This document shows positions 47,870-59,989 of a stretch of DNA of 64,000 nucleotides, piece by piece. Positions within the stretch are counted from its first letter, which is position 1; the number at the start of each line of letters is the position of its first letter. This DNA comes from Hyphococcus sp. (GTDB lineage Bacteria > Pseudomonadota > Alphaproteobacteria > Caulobacterales > Parvularculaceae): positions 65,165 to 129,164 of the forward strand of contig JANQJK010000004.1 in NCBI GenBank assembly GCA_028281665.1, given 5' to 3'. The notes below the pieces were generated by a model that worked only from the letters and a program-made list of their open reading frames with translations, was not told the DNA's origin and ran no database searches. The position numbers and the translations under genes are program-made.

Positions 47870-48490
47870 TTAACCCTCTGTCGCCCGCATGAGCGCAGCA
47901 AATCGGCTAAGATATTGCTCCTGCGCCTCAATAGCAGACAGGGCCGTCAACGTAATGGGCGCCAGTCCTCGGGGGGCGCCAAAAAACCGGTGCGCTTCGG
48001 CCGGCTCAAATCCGGCAAGCTGCGTCGCCTCGAAATAGGCCGACGCGCGGTCTGCGCGTTTGATTGTCTTTTCAACAGTTTCCGGCAGGTCCGCCGGCAG
48101 GGAAAAACGCAGATGAACAGCCTGCGCCAGCCGTTTTTCGATCGTTTTGTACTGTCCGCCCAATTGCGCCTTGAATGGGGAAATCATGTCGCCAATGACA
48201 AATTCAGGCGCATCGTGGAGCAGTGCGGCGAGCTTCCACTTTGCCGGCCAGCCCGGCTTCAGGAGCACGCAGAATTCTTCAACGATCAGCGAGTGTTGCG
48301 CGACATTGAAAGGCAAATCGCCCCTTGTCTGGCCGTTCCAGCGGGCCACGCGGGCGAGGCCATGGGCAATGTCCTCGATCTCGATATCGACCGGCGAGGG
48401 GTCCAGCAGGTCGAGCCGCCGGCCGGACAGCATGCGCTGCCAGGCGCGCGGCGCGTCGGTTTTCGATTTTTGTGACGCACGCGCCGGCAT
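47870..48490 (-). CDS. HD-domain phosphohydrolase (YfbR-like 5'-nucleotidase family)
   Basis: 206 aa. Contains AQHSL...LLHDAPEFVIGD (H...HD...D). Confidence 0.75.
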   Translation of the reverse strand: MPARASQKSKTDAPRAWQRMLSGRRLDLLDPSPVDIEIEDIAHGLARVARWNGQTRGDLPFNVAQHSLIVEEFCVLLKPGWPAKWKLAALLHDAPEFVIGDMISPFKAQLGGQYKTIEKRLAQAVHLRFSLPADLPETVEKTIKRADRASAYFEATQLAGFEPAEAHRFFGAPRGLAPITLTALSAIEAQEQYLSRFAALMRATEG

Positions 48491-48697
48491 TTCGCCGCCC
48501 CTTTCTTGAGAACGGCGGACGCCTATCAGAGGGGAAGGGCGCCCGCAAGCAAGCGACGAGACGGGGCTTTTGCGCGGCGGGCGCTCTTGTCGCTCCCGGC
48601 GGCGTCGGCGAAGATCGCATTGTTACAGAGTTCGACCAAGAACCAAGAAAAGGAAAGGACGGGCCGGAGAAAAACTGGTCCGGCAGGGGCGTGAAAA

Positions 48698-49069
48698 ATG
48701 GCTTCCACAGACTATGAAGAACGAAAGAACGGCGGCGGCGGATTGATCCTGGCGACGCTGGTTATCCTGATCTTTCTGGGCGCGGCGCTTTCCGTTGCGG
48801 CCTATATATTCGGCGAGCCCGACCTCACCATTGTCGAATCGATCGGCGCCGGCTTTGGCGGACTGGCCGGCATTATCATCGGTATTTTCGGCGCCATTGT
48901 TGGCGTGGTGCTGGGACTGTTCGGTGCATTGATTGGCCTCGTCGCTGCAGGCGGGGCGGTGGCGCTGACGCTGTTTATCGTCGGTTCGCCGATCATTGCG
49001 ATCATCTTGCTGGTCCTGCTGCTGCGCTCGCGCAGCAGCGATTGCCCGGATCCGGACGCGCATCAATAG
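48698..49069 (+). CDS. Small Gly-zipper membrane protein
   Basis: 123 aa with 3 TM segments rich in GxxxG. Confidence 0.5.
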   Translation: MASTDYEERKNGGGGLILATLVILIFLGAALSVAAYIFGEPDLTIVESIGAGFGGLAGIIIGIFGAIVGVVLGLFGALIGLVAAGGAVALTLFIVGSPIIAIILLVLLLRSRSSDCPDPDAHQ

Positions 49070-49120
49070 GCGCATGCACAGCGACAAATCGGAATAAGGA
49101 GCCAATAATCCGGTAACGGA

Positions 49121-51220
49121 TTATTCGCTCCCTTCTTCTTTTTCCGGCTCCTCTTCTTCGCCGAGCGAGCCGAATATCGCACCGAGCCCGTCGCGTATCA
49201 GTTGTTCCTCAGGCGTTGCTGTTTCTTCTTCCGTGCCGGCGGGCTCTTCCGACGCGGCGGCGCCCTCTTCAGCGGGCGTGGTCTCGCCTCCGCCGCCGAG
49301 CAATCCTGAAAGGCCTTCGCGCAGCGCCTCCTCCGGCGATGATGGCGCCGAGGCGCCCCCGAGAAATCCGCCAAGCGTTTCCTGCAATGCGGCTTTCGCG
49401 AGCGTCTCGCCGTCTATGCCGATAACGGGCTTTGCGAATGTTCCGCCGATCCGGACCGGCACGGCGATGGACTGCGCATCGACGCCGTCCGCCGTCGTCA
49501 TTGCGCGCGGCGCGAGACGAAGGTCAATCGTCTGTGCCGCCAGATTGACCTGGCCGGTCCCGTTCATGGTGAGATAGGGCCCCGTCATGGAGATCGTCGG
49601 GGCGTTGACGAGGCCGTCGGCGATGGAGAAATTCGACAGGAAGGTTGAGAAATCCGTTTCTTCCCGCGGCCCTCTGGCGGTCGCCACCGCGTTCGCGAGG
49701 GCTGTGGGATTGATGCCGCCGGTGCGCAGAGAATTCGCCGCCTGGGCGATTTTTGCGATGTTGACGCCCTTCAGCGCCCCGTTCGACAGATCGAAGCCGC
49801 CGGCCCCGTCTATGGAGGACATAATCGCCGCCTGACTGTCCCCGCTGGCGGTGAAATCGAGCTTGAAGGCGCCAAGCCCGAGCAAATTGTCATGCTTCAT
49901 GAGATCGAGCGACAGGGGCTGGGCGTTCACCGCTTCCATATCGAAATTGCCCGCGAAGGAGGGCGTTGCGCCGCGCGCATTCACCACAAGCCTGCCCGAG
50001 CCGAGCCCGCCATACATCGCAAGTTCCGGAATGTCGGCGGTCATGCGGCCGTTCTCGACGATGAGTTTCAGCCGGCTTTCGCCGATCTGCAAATCGTTCA
50101 GGAGGATTTCATCCGCCGAGATATCGAAGTCGGCGTCGACGTTTCTAAGGCCCGTAAAATCCATCTTCGCCGTAGACCACTCCGGAAAGCCCTCGGCGCT
50201 TGTCTCCGGCGGCGGCATATAGGGGCGCAGGTCCAGCAGCTCCGTTGACAGGATACCCGCGGCGCGCGGCTTGGCGCCGGACCAGTTCATGGAGAGCGAG
50301 CCTTGCGCGTCAATGTCGTCAAAGCCGATTGTCGCGCCGTCAAGACGCATGGCCGTCGCCCCGCCTTCCACATCGCCGGAAAGGGCAAGGCTGTCGAAAC
50401 CCGGCGCGTCGGCGAGCGTTGTGCCGGTCAGTGCGGCGAAGGCCGGCAGGTCGGGCGCGTTAAAGTCAATCGGGCCGGAATAGGCGAGCGTTTCGGCGCT
50501 GACGAGGGAAAGATCGGCGCCCGCCGTCGTGTCGCCGATTGTCATGTCGAGTTTCAGGTTCGCCGCATCGCCCGCCATCAGCGTGGAAAGATCAGTGAGC
50601 ACGAGATCGATTTTCGTCGGCTCGCCCTGAAAGACCATGGCGCCGTCAACTTCCAGCGGCGCTTTCAGGGATGTGAGCACGATGCCGATGTCGATATCCT
50701 CTGCGGCGAAGGTGCGGCCGGCCTGCTCGTCCTTATAGGCGGCGCGGCCGTCAACAATGCGCACATCGCCGAGTTTCAAGTCACGCGGCTGGCGGGCGTC
50801 CGTTGCTTCCTCCGCACCCTGAGCATCCGCGCTCGCAGCGAGGTTCCAGTTAATCGACCCGTCGCTTTTTCGGATCAGGTTGATCGCCGGTTCCGTGAGA
50901 ACGAACTGGTCGACTTCCACCGAGCCGGACAGGAGCGGGAGCAGTTTTACGCCCACGCTCGCGTCTTTGACGCGGGCAAGCGTGTCGCCGTCAAATCCAT
51001 CGGCGTTGGCGATGGTCAGGTCTTTCACCCGGAACGCGGTCTTCGGAAAAATCCGGATCGACAGATTGTCGCCGATGGACACGTCGCGCCCGAGCGCGTT
51101 CGTGGCCGCCGCCTCAATGCGCGGCTTGTAGGTCGCCGCCGGGATAACGCCCGGAGCAAGGAGCAGGACGGCGAGGGTGACGCCAATCAGGGCGAGGATG
51201 AAAAAGATGATGCGGCTCAT
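49121..51220 (-). CDS. AsmA family protein
   Basis: 699 aa. It has an N-terminal anchor (MSRIIFFILALIGVTLAVLLL), a long beta-rich body and an acidic C-terminus. Confidence 0.75.
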   Translation of the reverse strand: MSRIIFFILALIGVTLAVLLLAPGVIPAATYKPRIEAAATNALGRDVSIGDNLSIRIFPKTAFRVKDLTIANADGFDGDTLARVKDASVGVKLLPLLSGSVEVDQFVLTEPAINLIRKSDGSINWNLAASADAQGAEEATDARQPRDLKLGDVRIVDGRAAYKDEQAGRTFAAEDIDIGIVLTSLKAPLEVDGAMVFQGEPTKIDLVLTDLSTLMAGDAANLKLDMTIGDTTAGADLSLVSAETLAYSGPIDFNAPDLPAFAALTGTTLADAPGFDSLALSGDVEGGATAMRLDGATIGFDDIDAQGSLSMNWSGAKPRAAGILSTELLDLRPYMPPPETSAEGFPEWSTAKMDFTGLRNVDADFDISADEILLNDLQIGESRLKLIVENGRMTADIPELAMYGGLGSGRLVVNARGATPSFAGNFDMEAVNAQPLSLDLMKHDNLLGLGAFKLDFTASGDSQAAIMSSIDGAGGFDLSNGALKGVNIAKIAQAANSLRTGGINPTALANAVATARGPREETDFSTFLSNFSIADGLVNAPTISMTGPYLTMNGTGQVNLAAQTIDLRLAPRAMTTADGVDAQSIAVPVRIGGTFAKPVIGIDGETLAKAALQETLGGFLGGASAPSSPEEALREGLSGLLGGGGETTPAEEGAAASEEPAGTEEETATPEEQLIRDGLGAIFGSLGEEEEPEKEEGSE

Positions 51221-51564
51221 GAGGGGCAGGGATCCCGTGACGTGGCTGAAGTCAAAATGGCGGCGCGCCGCCTGCGGCGAAGATAGTCCGTCGTTATGTC
51301 AATTTCGACCGTCAATGTCGGCGCCCCATATCGTTTTTGGCGTTTCCGTTGGCGGCGTTTGAACGGGAGCGCGCATTTTCCGCTGGTTCCGTGAGGGCCG
51401 GCGTCGTGAGTGCAGCCATACGCTGTCCCTGCGCCCCGGAACGGGCGCGCGAATCGCACGGACGCCGATGCGGATGGAAAGCAGCGAACACCGCGAGGGT
51501 TGTGGTGGCGGACAAAGTTGGAACAGATTGTAAAATAATAAATAAAACAGCGCTCTAAGCTTTC

Positions 51565-51593
51565 TTGCCAAAAGAGAACAAAAAGTGTACATT
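51565..51593 (+). promoter_or_regulatory. Putative recA promoter (TTGCCA-N17-TACATT) with an alphaproteobacterial SOS-box-like direct repeat GAAC-N7-GTAC (51576-51590) in the spacer
   Basis: Seen directly in the sequence, about 50 nt upstream of the recA GTG. An AT-rich tract (51531-51548) lies just upstream. Confidence 0.45.
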
Positions 51594-51640
51594 GGGCGCT
51601 CGTTGACAGGATAGTCCTTGGTCAGGCAACGGAGGCGGCG

Positions 51641-52732
51641 GTGAACAAAGGCAATCTCAAACTGGTGGAGATAGAGGGCGTGGACAAATCAAAGGCGCTG
51701 GAAGCGGCGATCAGTCAAATCGATAAGGCGTTCGGCAAAGGCTCGCTGATGCGCCTGGGCGACCGGGAGGTCGTTGACATAGAGGCGATTTCGACCGGTT
51801 CCCTCGGCCTTGATATCGCGCTTGGCATTGGCGGGCTGCCGAAGGGGCGGGTCGTTGAAATTTACGGGCCTGAGAGTTCCGGCAAGACGACGCTTGCGCT
51901 CCATGTCGCCGCCGAAACGCAAAAGGCGGGCGGGACGGCGGCTTTTGTCGACGCCGAACACGCCCTTGACCCGGTCTATGCGCAAAAGCTCGGGGTCAAT
52001 CTCGATGATCTCCTGATTTCCCAGCCCGACACAGGCGAGCAGGCTCTTGAGATTGCTGATACGCTGGTTCGCTCCGGCGCCGTTGATGTCCTGATTATCG
52101 ATTCTGTGGCGGCGTTGACGCCGCGGGCCGAACTGGAAGGGGACATGGGAGATTCCCTGCCCGGATTGCAGGCGCGGCTCATGAGTCAGGCGCTGCGCAA
52201 GCTCACCGGCTCGATCTCGAAATCGAATTGCCTCGTTATCTTTATCAATCAGATCCGCATGAAGATCGGCGTCATGTTCGGCTCGCCGGAAACGACGACC
52301 GGCGGCAATGCGCTGAAGTTTTATTCTTCCGTGCGCCTCGATATCCGGCGCATCGGCGCTATTAAGAACCGCGACGAAGTCGTCGGCAATCAGACCCGCG
52401 TGAAGGTCGTCAAAAACAAGGTGGCGCCGCCGTTCAAGCAGGTCGAATTCGATATCATGTACGGGGAAGGGGTTTCGAAAACCGGTGAGATTCTGGATCT
52501 CGGCGTTCGCGCCAATGTGGTGGAAAAAGCAGGCTCGTGGTTTTCCTATAACTCAGAACGCATCGGTCAGGGCCGGGAGAACGCCAAGCAGTTCCTCAGG
52601 GACAACCCCGACATGACCGCCGAAATCGAGCGCAAGATTCGAGAAAACGCCGGACTGGTGGCTGAAGAAATGCTGGTCGGCGAACAGGCGGAGGATGATG
52701 ACGACGCAGCGACGGCGGCTGAGGCGTCTTAA
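51641..52732 (+). CDS. recA: Recombinase A
   Basis: 363 aa. GTG start with GGAGG 5 nt upstream. Contains [15 protein letters not shown] and [28 protein letters not shown]. Confidence 0.95.
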   Translation: MNKGNLKLVEIEGVDKSKALEAAISQIDKAFGKGSLMRLGDREVVDIEAISTGSLGLDIALGIGGLPKGRVVEIYGPESSGKTTLALHVAAETQKAGGTAAFVDAEHALDPVYAQKLGVNLDDLLISQPDTGEQALEIADTLVRSGAVDVLIIDSVAALTPRAELEGDMGDSLPGLQARLMSQALRKLTGSISKSNCLVIFINQIRMKIGVMFGSPETTTGGNALKFYSSVRLDIRRIGAIKNRDEVVGNQTRVKVVKNKVAPPFKQVEFDIMYGEGVSKTGEILDLGVRANVVEKAGSWFSYNSERIGQGRENAKQFLRDNPDMTAEIERKIRENAGLVAEEMLVGEQAEDDDDAATAAEAS

Positions 52733-52850
52733 TCAATCCCGAACGATCGGTAGAGAGCGGCCCCGCAAGATGCTGTGCGCCGCTCTTTCCCTTTGTTGGC
52801 GCCAGGCGCAGGATAGGCGTCGCCGCTCTCGTTAGAAAAGGAGAACCCCG

Positions 52851-53219
52851 ATGATCGGATATGTGACGCTCGGAACCAACGATGTTGAACGCGCAGCGAA
52901 GTTTTACGATGAGCTTCTTGGCGAGATGGGCGCCAAGCGCATGATGGAGAGCGACAACTTCGTGGCCTGGGCCAGCGATCCGTCGCGACCTGCGATATCC
53001 GTTATCAAGCCTCATGACGGCGCGGCCGCCACGGTGGGTAATGGGACGATGGTTGCGATTGCCTGCGACAAGCCGGAAACAGTGGATAAGCTCTATAAGA
53101 AAGCGATCGACCTCGGCGCCAAAGACGAAGGCCCGGCGGGCCCTCGCGGCGACCAGTTCTATGCGGGCTACTTTCGCGATCCGGACGGCAACAAGCTCAA
53201 CTTCTTTTGCATGACGTAA
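52851..53219 (+). CDS. VOC (glyoxalase/bleomycin-resistance fold) family protein
   Basis: 122 aa. Contains YVTLGTND...FYDELLG...GYFRDPDGNKL. Confidence 0.7.
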   Translation: MIGYVTLGTNDVERAAKFYDELLGEMGAKRMMESDNFVAWASDPSRPAISVIKPHDGAAATVGNGTMVAIACDKPETVDKLYKKAIDLGAKDEGPAGPRGDQFYAGYFRDPDGNKLNFFCMT

Positions 53220-53357
53220 GGCCCGGCCTTTGCGCGCCGTGCTGGACGGACCGGCCATCAAGCCGCTAAGAGACTGATTAAGCAGGATTTGCGCCGGGGC
53301 GGGGTGCCGCGCCGGCGCTTCCTATATCGTGAGCATGAAAACAGAGCCGGCCCTATC

Positions 53358-56024
<2,667 letters not shown>

Positions 56025-56088
56025 ACGGCCCGTTGCCGTCGTCGGGGCGCCCGGCGCATAATCGCCGCGGAAAGGAGCGCTCGCCCCC

Positions 56089-57336
56089 GTGACGCAGCCA
56101 ACCTCGCACGAAATCGCCACCAACGCGCCGCCGGCGAGCCGCAAGGATCGCACCCTGAAGGCGCGCCTCTATCGCATCCTCGAAGCGGGCCACTCCCATG
56201 ATTGGCAAAGCCGCGTTTTTGAAGGGGCGATGGCGACGCTGATCATTCTCAACGTTGTTGCGTTCACCGTGGAAACCGTGCCGTCGATTCACGACAGGCA
56301 CGCATTTTTCTTCCTCGTGTTCGATCTCGTTTCAATCGGCGTATTCACAATCGAATATGCCGTGCGGCTTTGGGTGTGTACGGAGCACCCTCCGTTTCGC
56401 GGCCTGTCGTCTACCCGCGCGCGCCTGAAATTTGCGCGCAGCCCGCTGATGATTGTCGACTTTCTGGCAATCGCGCCCTTCTATCTAAGCTTCCTCTTCG
56501 CGATCGACTTGCGCGTCTTGCGTATCCTCCGGTTGCTCCGCTTCTTCAAGCTCGCGCGCTTTTCCCCTGCGTTTAACACCATGCTGCGCGTACTCACGCG
56601 CGAGCGCGACGCGCTGCTTGGCGTTCTCATCGTCCTTGTCGGTATGGTGATTATCGCCGCGTCGCTGCTTTATCTTGTCGAAGGCGACCAGCCGGGCAGC
56701 GAATTCGCCACCGTGCCGGAATCGATGTGGTGGGCGATCGCGACCCTGACGACGGTCGGCTATGGGGATGTCACGCCGGTTACCGCCGCCGGCAAACTGC
56801 TTGCCGGCGTCGTCATGGTCTGCGGCCTCGGGTTTTTCGCTCTGCCGATTGGAATCATTGCGTCGGCCTTCATGGATGAGTTTCGCCGGCAGGATTTTAT
56901 CGTAACCTGGGGCATGGCGGCGCGCGCGCCGATCTTTTCGACCCTCAACCCCGGAGAAATCGCCGAACTTCTGAGCGTGTTGAAGGCGCGCACGGCGCCG
57001 CCCGGTTCGTTGATCGCGACAGACGGCGAGCGGTCCGGCGCGCTTTTCATGATCGGCGCCGGCGCGATTGAGCTTCGCGACGTGGACCGGCCTGAATTAG
57101 AGCCGATTGTTCTTGACGAAGGGCGCTACTGGGGCGCGCGCTCGCTGATGACCGGCATCCAGGGCGAAACCGCGTTGGCGGTCGCCACCAGCGATTTGAT
57201 TGTGCTCGATCAGGAAGATTTTCGAAGGCTCGGGCGCACCCGTCCGCAGATACATGCGAAGTTGATGGAAAGCATTCGCGCGGCGCCGGACCCGTTCGCG
57301 AAGGCGCCGCTCATCGAAGAAAACTCAGACGACTAA
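56089..57336 (+). CDS. Six-TM potassium channel with a C-terminal cyclic-nucleotide-binding domain (MloK1-like)
   Basis: 415 aa. S4 reads LRVLRILRLLRFFKLAR. The selectivity filter is TTVGYGDV. The C-terminal CNB-like segment is FMIGAGAIEL. The start is uncertain (GTG). Confidence 0.8.
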   Translation: MTQPTSHEIATNAPPASRKDRTLKARLYRILEAGHSHDWQSRVFEGAMATLIILNVVAFTVETVPSIHDRHAFFFLVFDLVSIGVFTIEYAVRLWVCTEHPPFRGLSSTRARLKFARSPLMIVDFLAIAPFYLSFLFAIDLRVLRILRLLRFFKLARFSPAFNTMLRVLTRERDALLGVLIVLVGMVIIAASLLYLVEGDQPGSEFATVPESMWWAIATLTTVGYGDVTPVTAAGKLLAGVVMVCGLGFFALPIGIIASAFMDEFRRQDFIVTWGMAARAPIFSTLNPGEIAELLSVLKARTAPPGSLIATDGERSGALFMIGAGAIELRDVDRPELEPIVLDEGRYWGARSLMTGIQGETALAVATSDLIVLDQEDFRRLGRTRPQIHAKLMESIRAAPDPFAKAPLIEENSDD

Positions 57337-57358
57337 AAAATGATACCGCCGTTCGGCG

Positions 57359-58012
57359 TTACTTGTTCGAGGCGACGTAAATTCGTCCGCCCGAGGATTT
57401 GTCGACGCTCACCCGTTCCGGGTCTCCATAGACCGTCACATGGCCGCCGCTTGACGCATCGGCGATAACCGCGCCACGCGCCGATATTTTTCCGTGCCCG
57501 CCCGAGGACACGTCGATGCGCGCGGTCTCGCAATCGAGACGCTTGCCGTCCAGCATCGCGCCGCTGGAAAGGTCGATCACGCAGTTTTCGCAGGAGCCCT
57601 CAACGCTGGCGTGCGCGCCGCTGGAGAGATCGACGACGAATCTCGGTGCGGCGATATTGGTGAGTTTGGCGTGCGAGCCGGACGAGGCTTCAAGGCCGCG
57701 CAGGTTTGGCGCGGTCACCAGAACTTTATAGGCGGATTTTTTCGAGTGCCAGCGCAGACGGTTGTAGTCGCGCGAGACGTAAAGGGCGCCGTTTTTGACG
57801 CCGATCTCGAAATCGGTGAAATCGCCATTGTCCGTCTTGACCGTGATCGATTGCGGCGCGCCGGCCTCTGCGACAAGGACGATGCCGGCGGACACGTCGA
57901 TCCGGTCAAATTTTTCCAGATCGAACTGGCGCTCGTCCTGAGCAATCGCCGCAGTGAACGCAACGGCGGCTCCGGCAAGGAAGCTCGCGGCAAGTTTGAG
58001 GGGCCGGTACAT
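57359..58012 (-). CDS. DUF2807 / head-GIN domain exported protein
   Basis: 217 aa with a signal peptide and repeated SSG.H / DVSSGG beta-helix-like units. Confidence 0.65.
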   Translation of the reverse strand: MYRPLKLAASFLAGAAVAFTAAIAQDERQFDLEKFDRIDVSAGIVLVAEAGAPQSITVKTDNGDFTDFEIGVKNGALYVSRDYNRLRWHSKKSAYKVLVTAPNLRGLEASSGSHAKLTNIAAPRFVVDLSSGAHASVEGSCENCVIDLSSGAMLDGKRLDCETARIDVSSGGHGKISARGAVIADASSGGHVTVYGDPERVSVDKSSGGRIYVASNK

Positions 58013-58158
58013 GGCGGTCTCCGAACAATGTTGTCAGCCTAAATGGCACGGGTTCCCGCCGATTGCGAGGAGCCTTGCGGCGAAACGCCCGGATTCCGGG
58101 AGGAGAAGCGAAAAAGGCCAGCAATTTAGCCGATCTGGCACAGGTTCCGGGGACCGCC

Positions 58159-59985
58159 TCACATCCCGGCGTCGCTATCGTGGGACCGGATTACCGCAAG
58201 AAATGTCTCGCAAAAGGCCTCTTTTTTGGCCTCCCCGACGCCGAAGACCGCGCCAAAGGATTCCGGGTCGTTCGGCCGTTTTTCCGCCATATCGATGAGC
58301 GTTCGATCCGAGAAGATCACGAAGGCGGGCGCATTGCGCTCTCGCGCAAGTTCGAGGCGGCGCTTTTTCAGCGCTGCGAGCAGGGCCTGGTCGCCCGGTG
58401 AAAGAGGGACCTCCGCTGCGTTTGAGGCGGTGCGCCGGCGCTCGCCCCGGCCGGCTTTTCGCGCCGATGGCTTGCGCATTCGGTAAGGGCCCATCCTGTC
58501 TGTGACGGCGGAGGCTTCGGGGCCCGGCGACAAGCCGCCATAGGTCGCGTCAGCGACGAGCAGTTTGTCTGCGGTCATTTGCCGGATCAGGCCGCGCCAA
58601 TGCGTTGCCGGCAGGTTGGCGCCGACGCCGTATGCCGCGAGCCCGTCATGGCTGTTCTGGCGAATCTTCGCCGTATCGGCGCCGCGCAGGATATCGACAA
58701 TATGGGCCGCGCCGAATATCGCGCCGCTTTGGGCCACCGCCTCAAGAACGCGCCGCGCCCCATCGCCTGCATCGATGAGTTCGGGCGGCGCCACGCAGTT
58801 GTCGCAGTTTCCGCAAGGGCCTGACGCCTGACCGAAATGGGCGAGCAGGGCTTGCCGGCGACAGCCCGTTGCTTCGCAAAGCGTGACAAGTTCGTCGAGG
58901 CGGCGGGTTTCCGCGCGGGCCCCGCCATCCTCCTCGTTGCGCTGGATCATGCGCATGCGCCGCGCCACGTCGGCGCCGCTATAGAGCATCACCGCCTGCG
59001 CCGGCGCGCCGTCCCGGCCGGCCCGTCCGATTTCCTGATAATAGCCTTCGATGGAGGCCGGAATGTCGTGGTGATAGACGAAGCGGATATCCGGTTTGTC
59101 GATGCCCATGCCGAAGGCGACGGTCGCGACGATGGAAAGGTCCGGCTCGCTCAGAAACGCATTCAGGCGCTCATTTCGGGTCTCGGCGTCGAGACCCGCG
59201 TGATAGGCGGCGACCTTGTGTCCGCGGGCGCTGAGATCGGCGGCGATCACTTCGGTGTCCTTGCGGGACAGGGCGTAGATGATTCCCTGTTCGCCGCGAT
59301 GACCGTCCATCAGCGCGGCGAGGCGATCTTTTGCTTTTGCCTTTTCTTCAATGGCGATGGCGATGTTGGGCCGGTCGAGATCACGGACGAAGATCTCCGC
59401 CTCCGGCGCCAGAAGGCGCTCGGCGATTTCCCCGCGCGTGCGTGCGTCGGCCGTGGCGGTAAACGCCGCAATTTGAATCTTCGGGAAGTGGTCGCGGAGC
59501 GTCGTGAGCGCCATGTAGTCCGGGCGGAAATCGTGGCCCCACTGGCTGACGCAGTGAGCCTCGTCGACGACAATCCGGTGAAGCCTGGTGTTGCGAAGCG
59601 CCCCGAGCATGCGCGGGGTCATCAGCCGCTCCGGCGACATGTAAAGAAGGCGCGTTTCGCCGGCTGCCGCGGCGCGCCAGTCGGCGACGCTCGCATCCCG
59701 GTCCCGGTTGGAATGAATAACGCCCACCGGCGCGCCGAGCGCGCGCAGTTGCGCCGCCTGATTTTCCATCAAGGCGATGAGCGGCGAAACGACGACGGTA
59801 AGACCGTTTTCGACGATTGCCGGCAGTTGATAGCAAAGGCTTTTGCCCGCGCCCGTCGGCATAATGGCGAGCACGTCGCGGCCCGCAAGGATTGCCGCGA
59901 CGATCTCTTCCTGACCCGGACGAAAATCGTCGAAGCCGAAAACCGTTCGGAGCGTCTCGCGCGCCTCGCCGGGCGCCCGCTGCAT
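58159..59985 (-). CDS. recQ: ATP-dependent DNA helicase RecQ
   Basis: Contains FGFDDFRPGQEEIV, PTGAGKSLCYQLPA, DEAHCVSQWGHDFRPDY, the RQC zinc cysteines and a C-terminal HRDC domain. The start is placed at ATG 59985, 4 nt after the icd stop. The track start at 60012 would overlap icd. Confidence 0.9.
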   Translation of the reverse strand: MQRAPGEARETLRTVFGFDDFRPGQEEIVAAILAGRDVLAIMPTGAGKSLCYQLPAIVENGLTVVVSPLIALMENQAAQLRALGAPVGVIHSNRDRDASVADWRAAAAGETRLLYMSPERLMTPRMLGALRNTRLHRIVVDEAHCVSQWGHDFRPDYMALTTLRDHFPKIQIAAFTATADARTRGEIAERLLAPEAEIFVRDLDRPNIAIAIEEKAKAKDRLAALMDGHRGEQGIIYALSRKDTEVIAADLSARGHKVAAYHAGLDAETRNERLNAFLSEPDLSIVATVAFGMGIDKPDIRFVYHHDIPASIEGYYQEIGRAGRDGAPAQAVMLYSGADVARRMRMIQRNEEDGGARAETRRLDELVTLCEATGCRRQALLAHFGQASGPCGNCDNCVAPPELIDAGDGARRVLEAVAQSGAIFGAAHIVDILRGADTAKIRQNSHDGLAAYGVGANLPATHWRGLIRQMTADKLLVADATYGGLSPGPEASAVTDRMGPYRMRKPSARKAGRGERRRTASNAAEVPLSPGDQALLAALKKRRLELARERNAPAFVIFSDRTLIDMAEKRPNDPESFGAVFGVGEAKKEAFCETFLAVIRSHDSDAGM

Positions 59986-59989
59986 GGTT

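Noticed and set aside
51221-51564. 340-bp intergenic region between asmA and recA, examined for an sRNA or small ORF. It contains GTCAAT-N8-GTCAAT at about 51296-51315.
   Set aside because: I found no promoter-plus-terminator pair and no convincing SD-led small ORF. The listed ORFs here are Arg-rich. It most likely holds only the divergent asmA and recA control regions.
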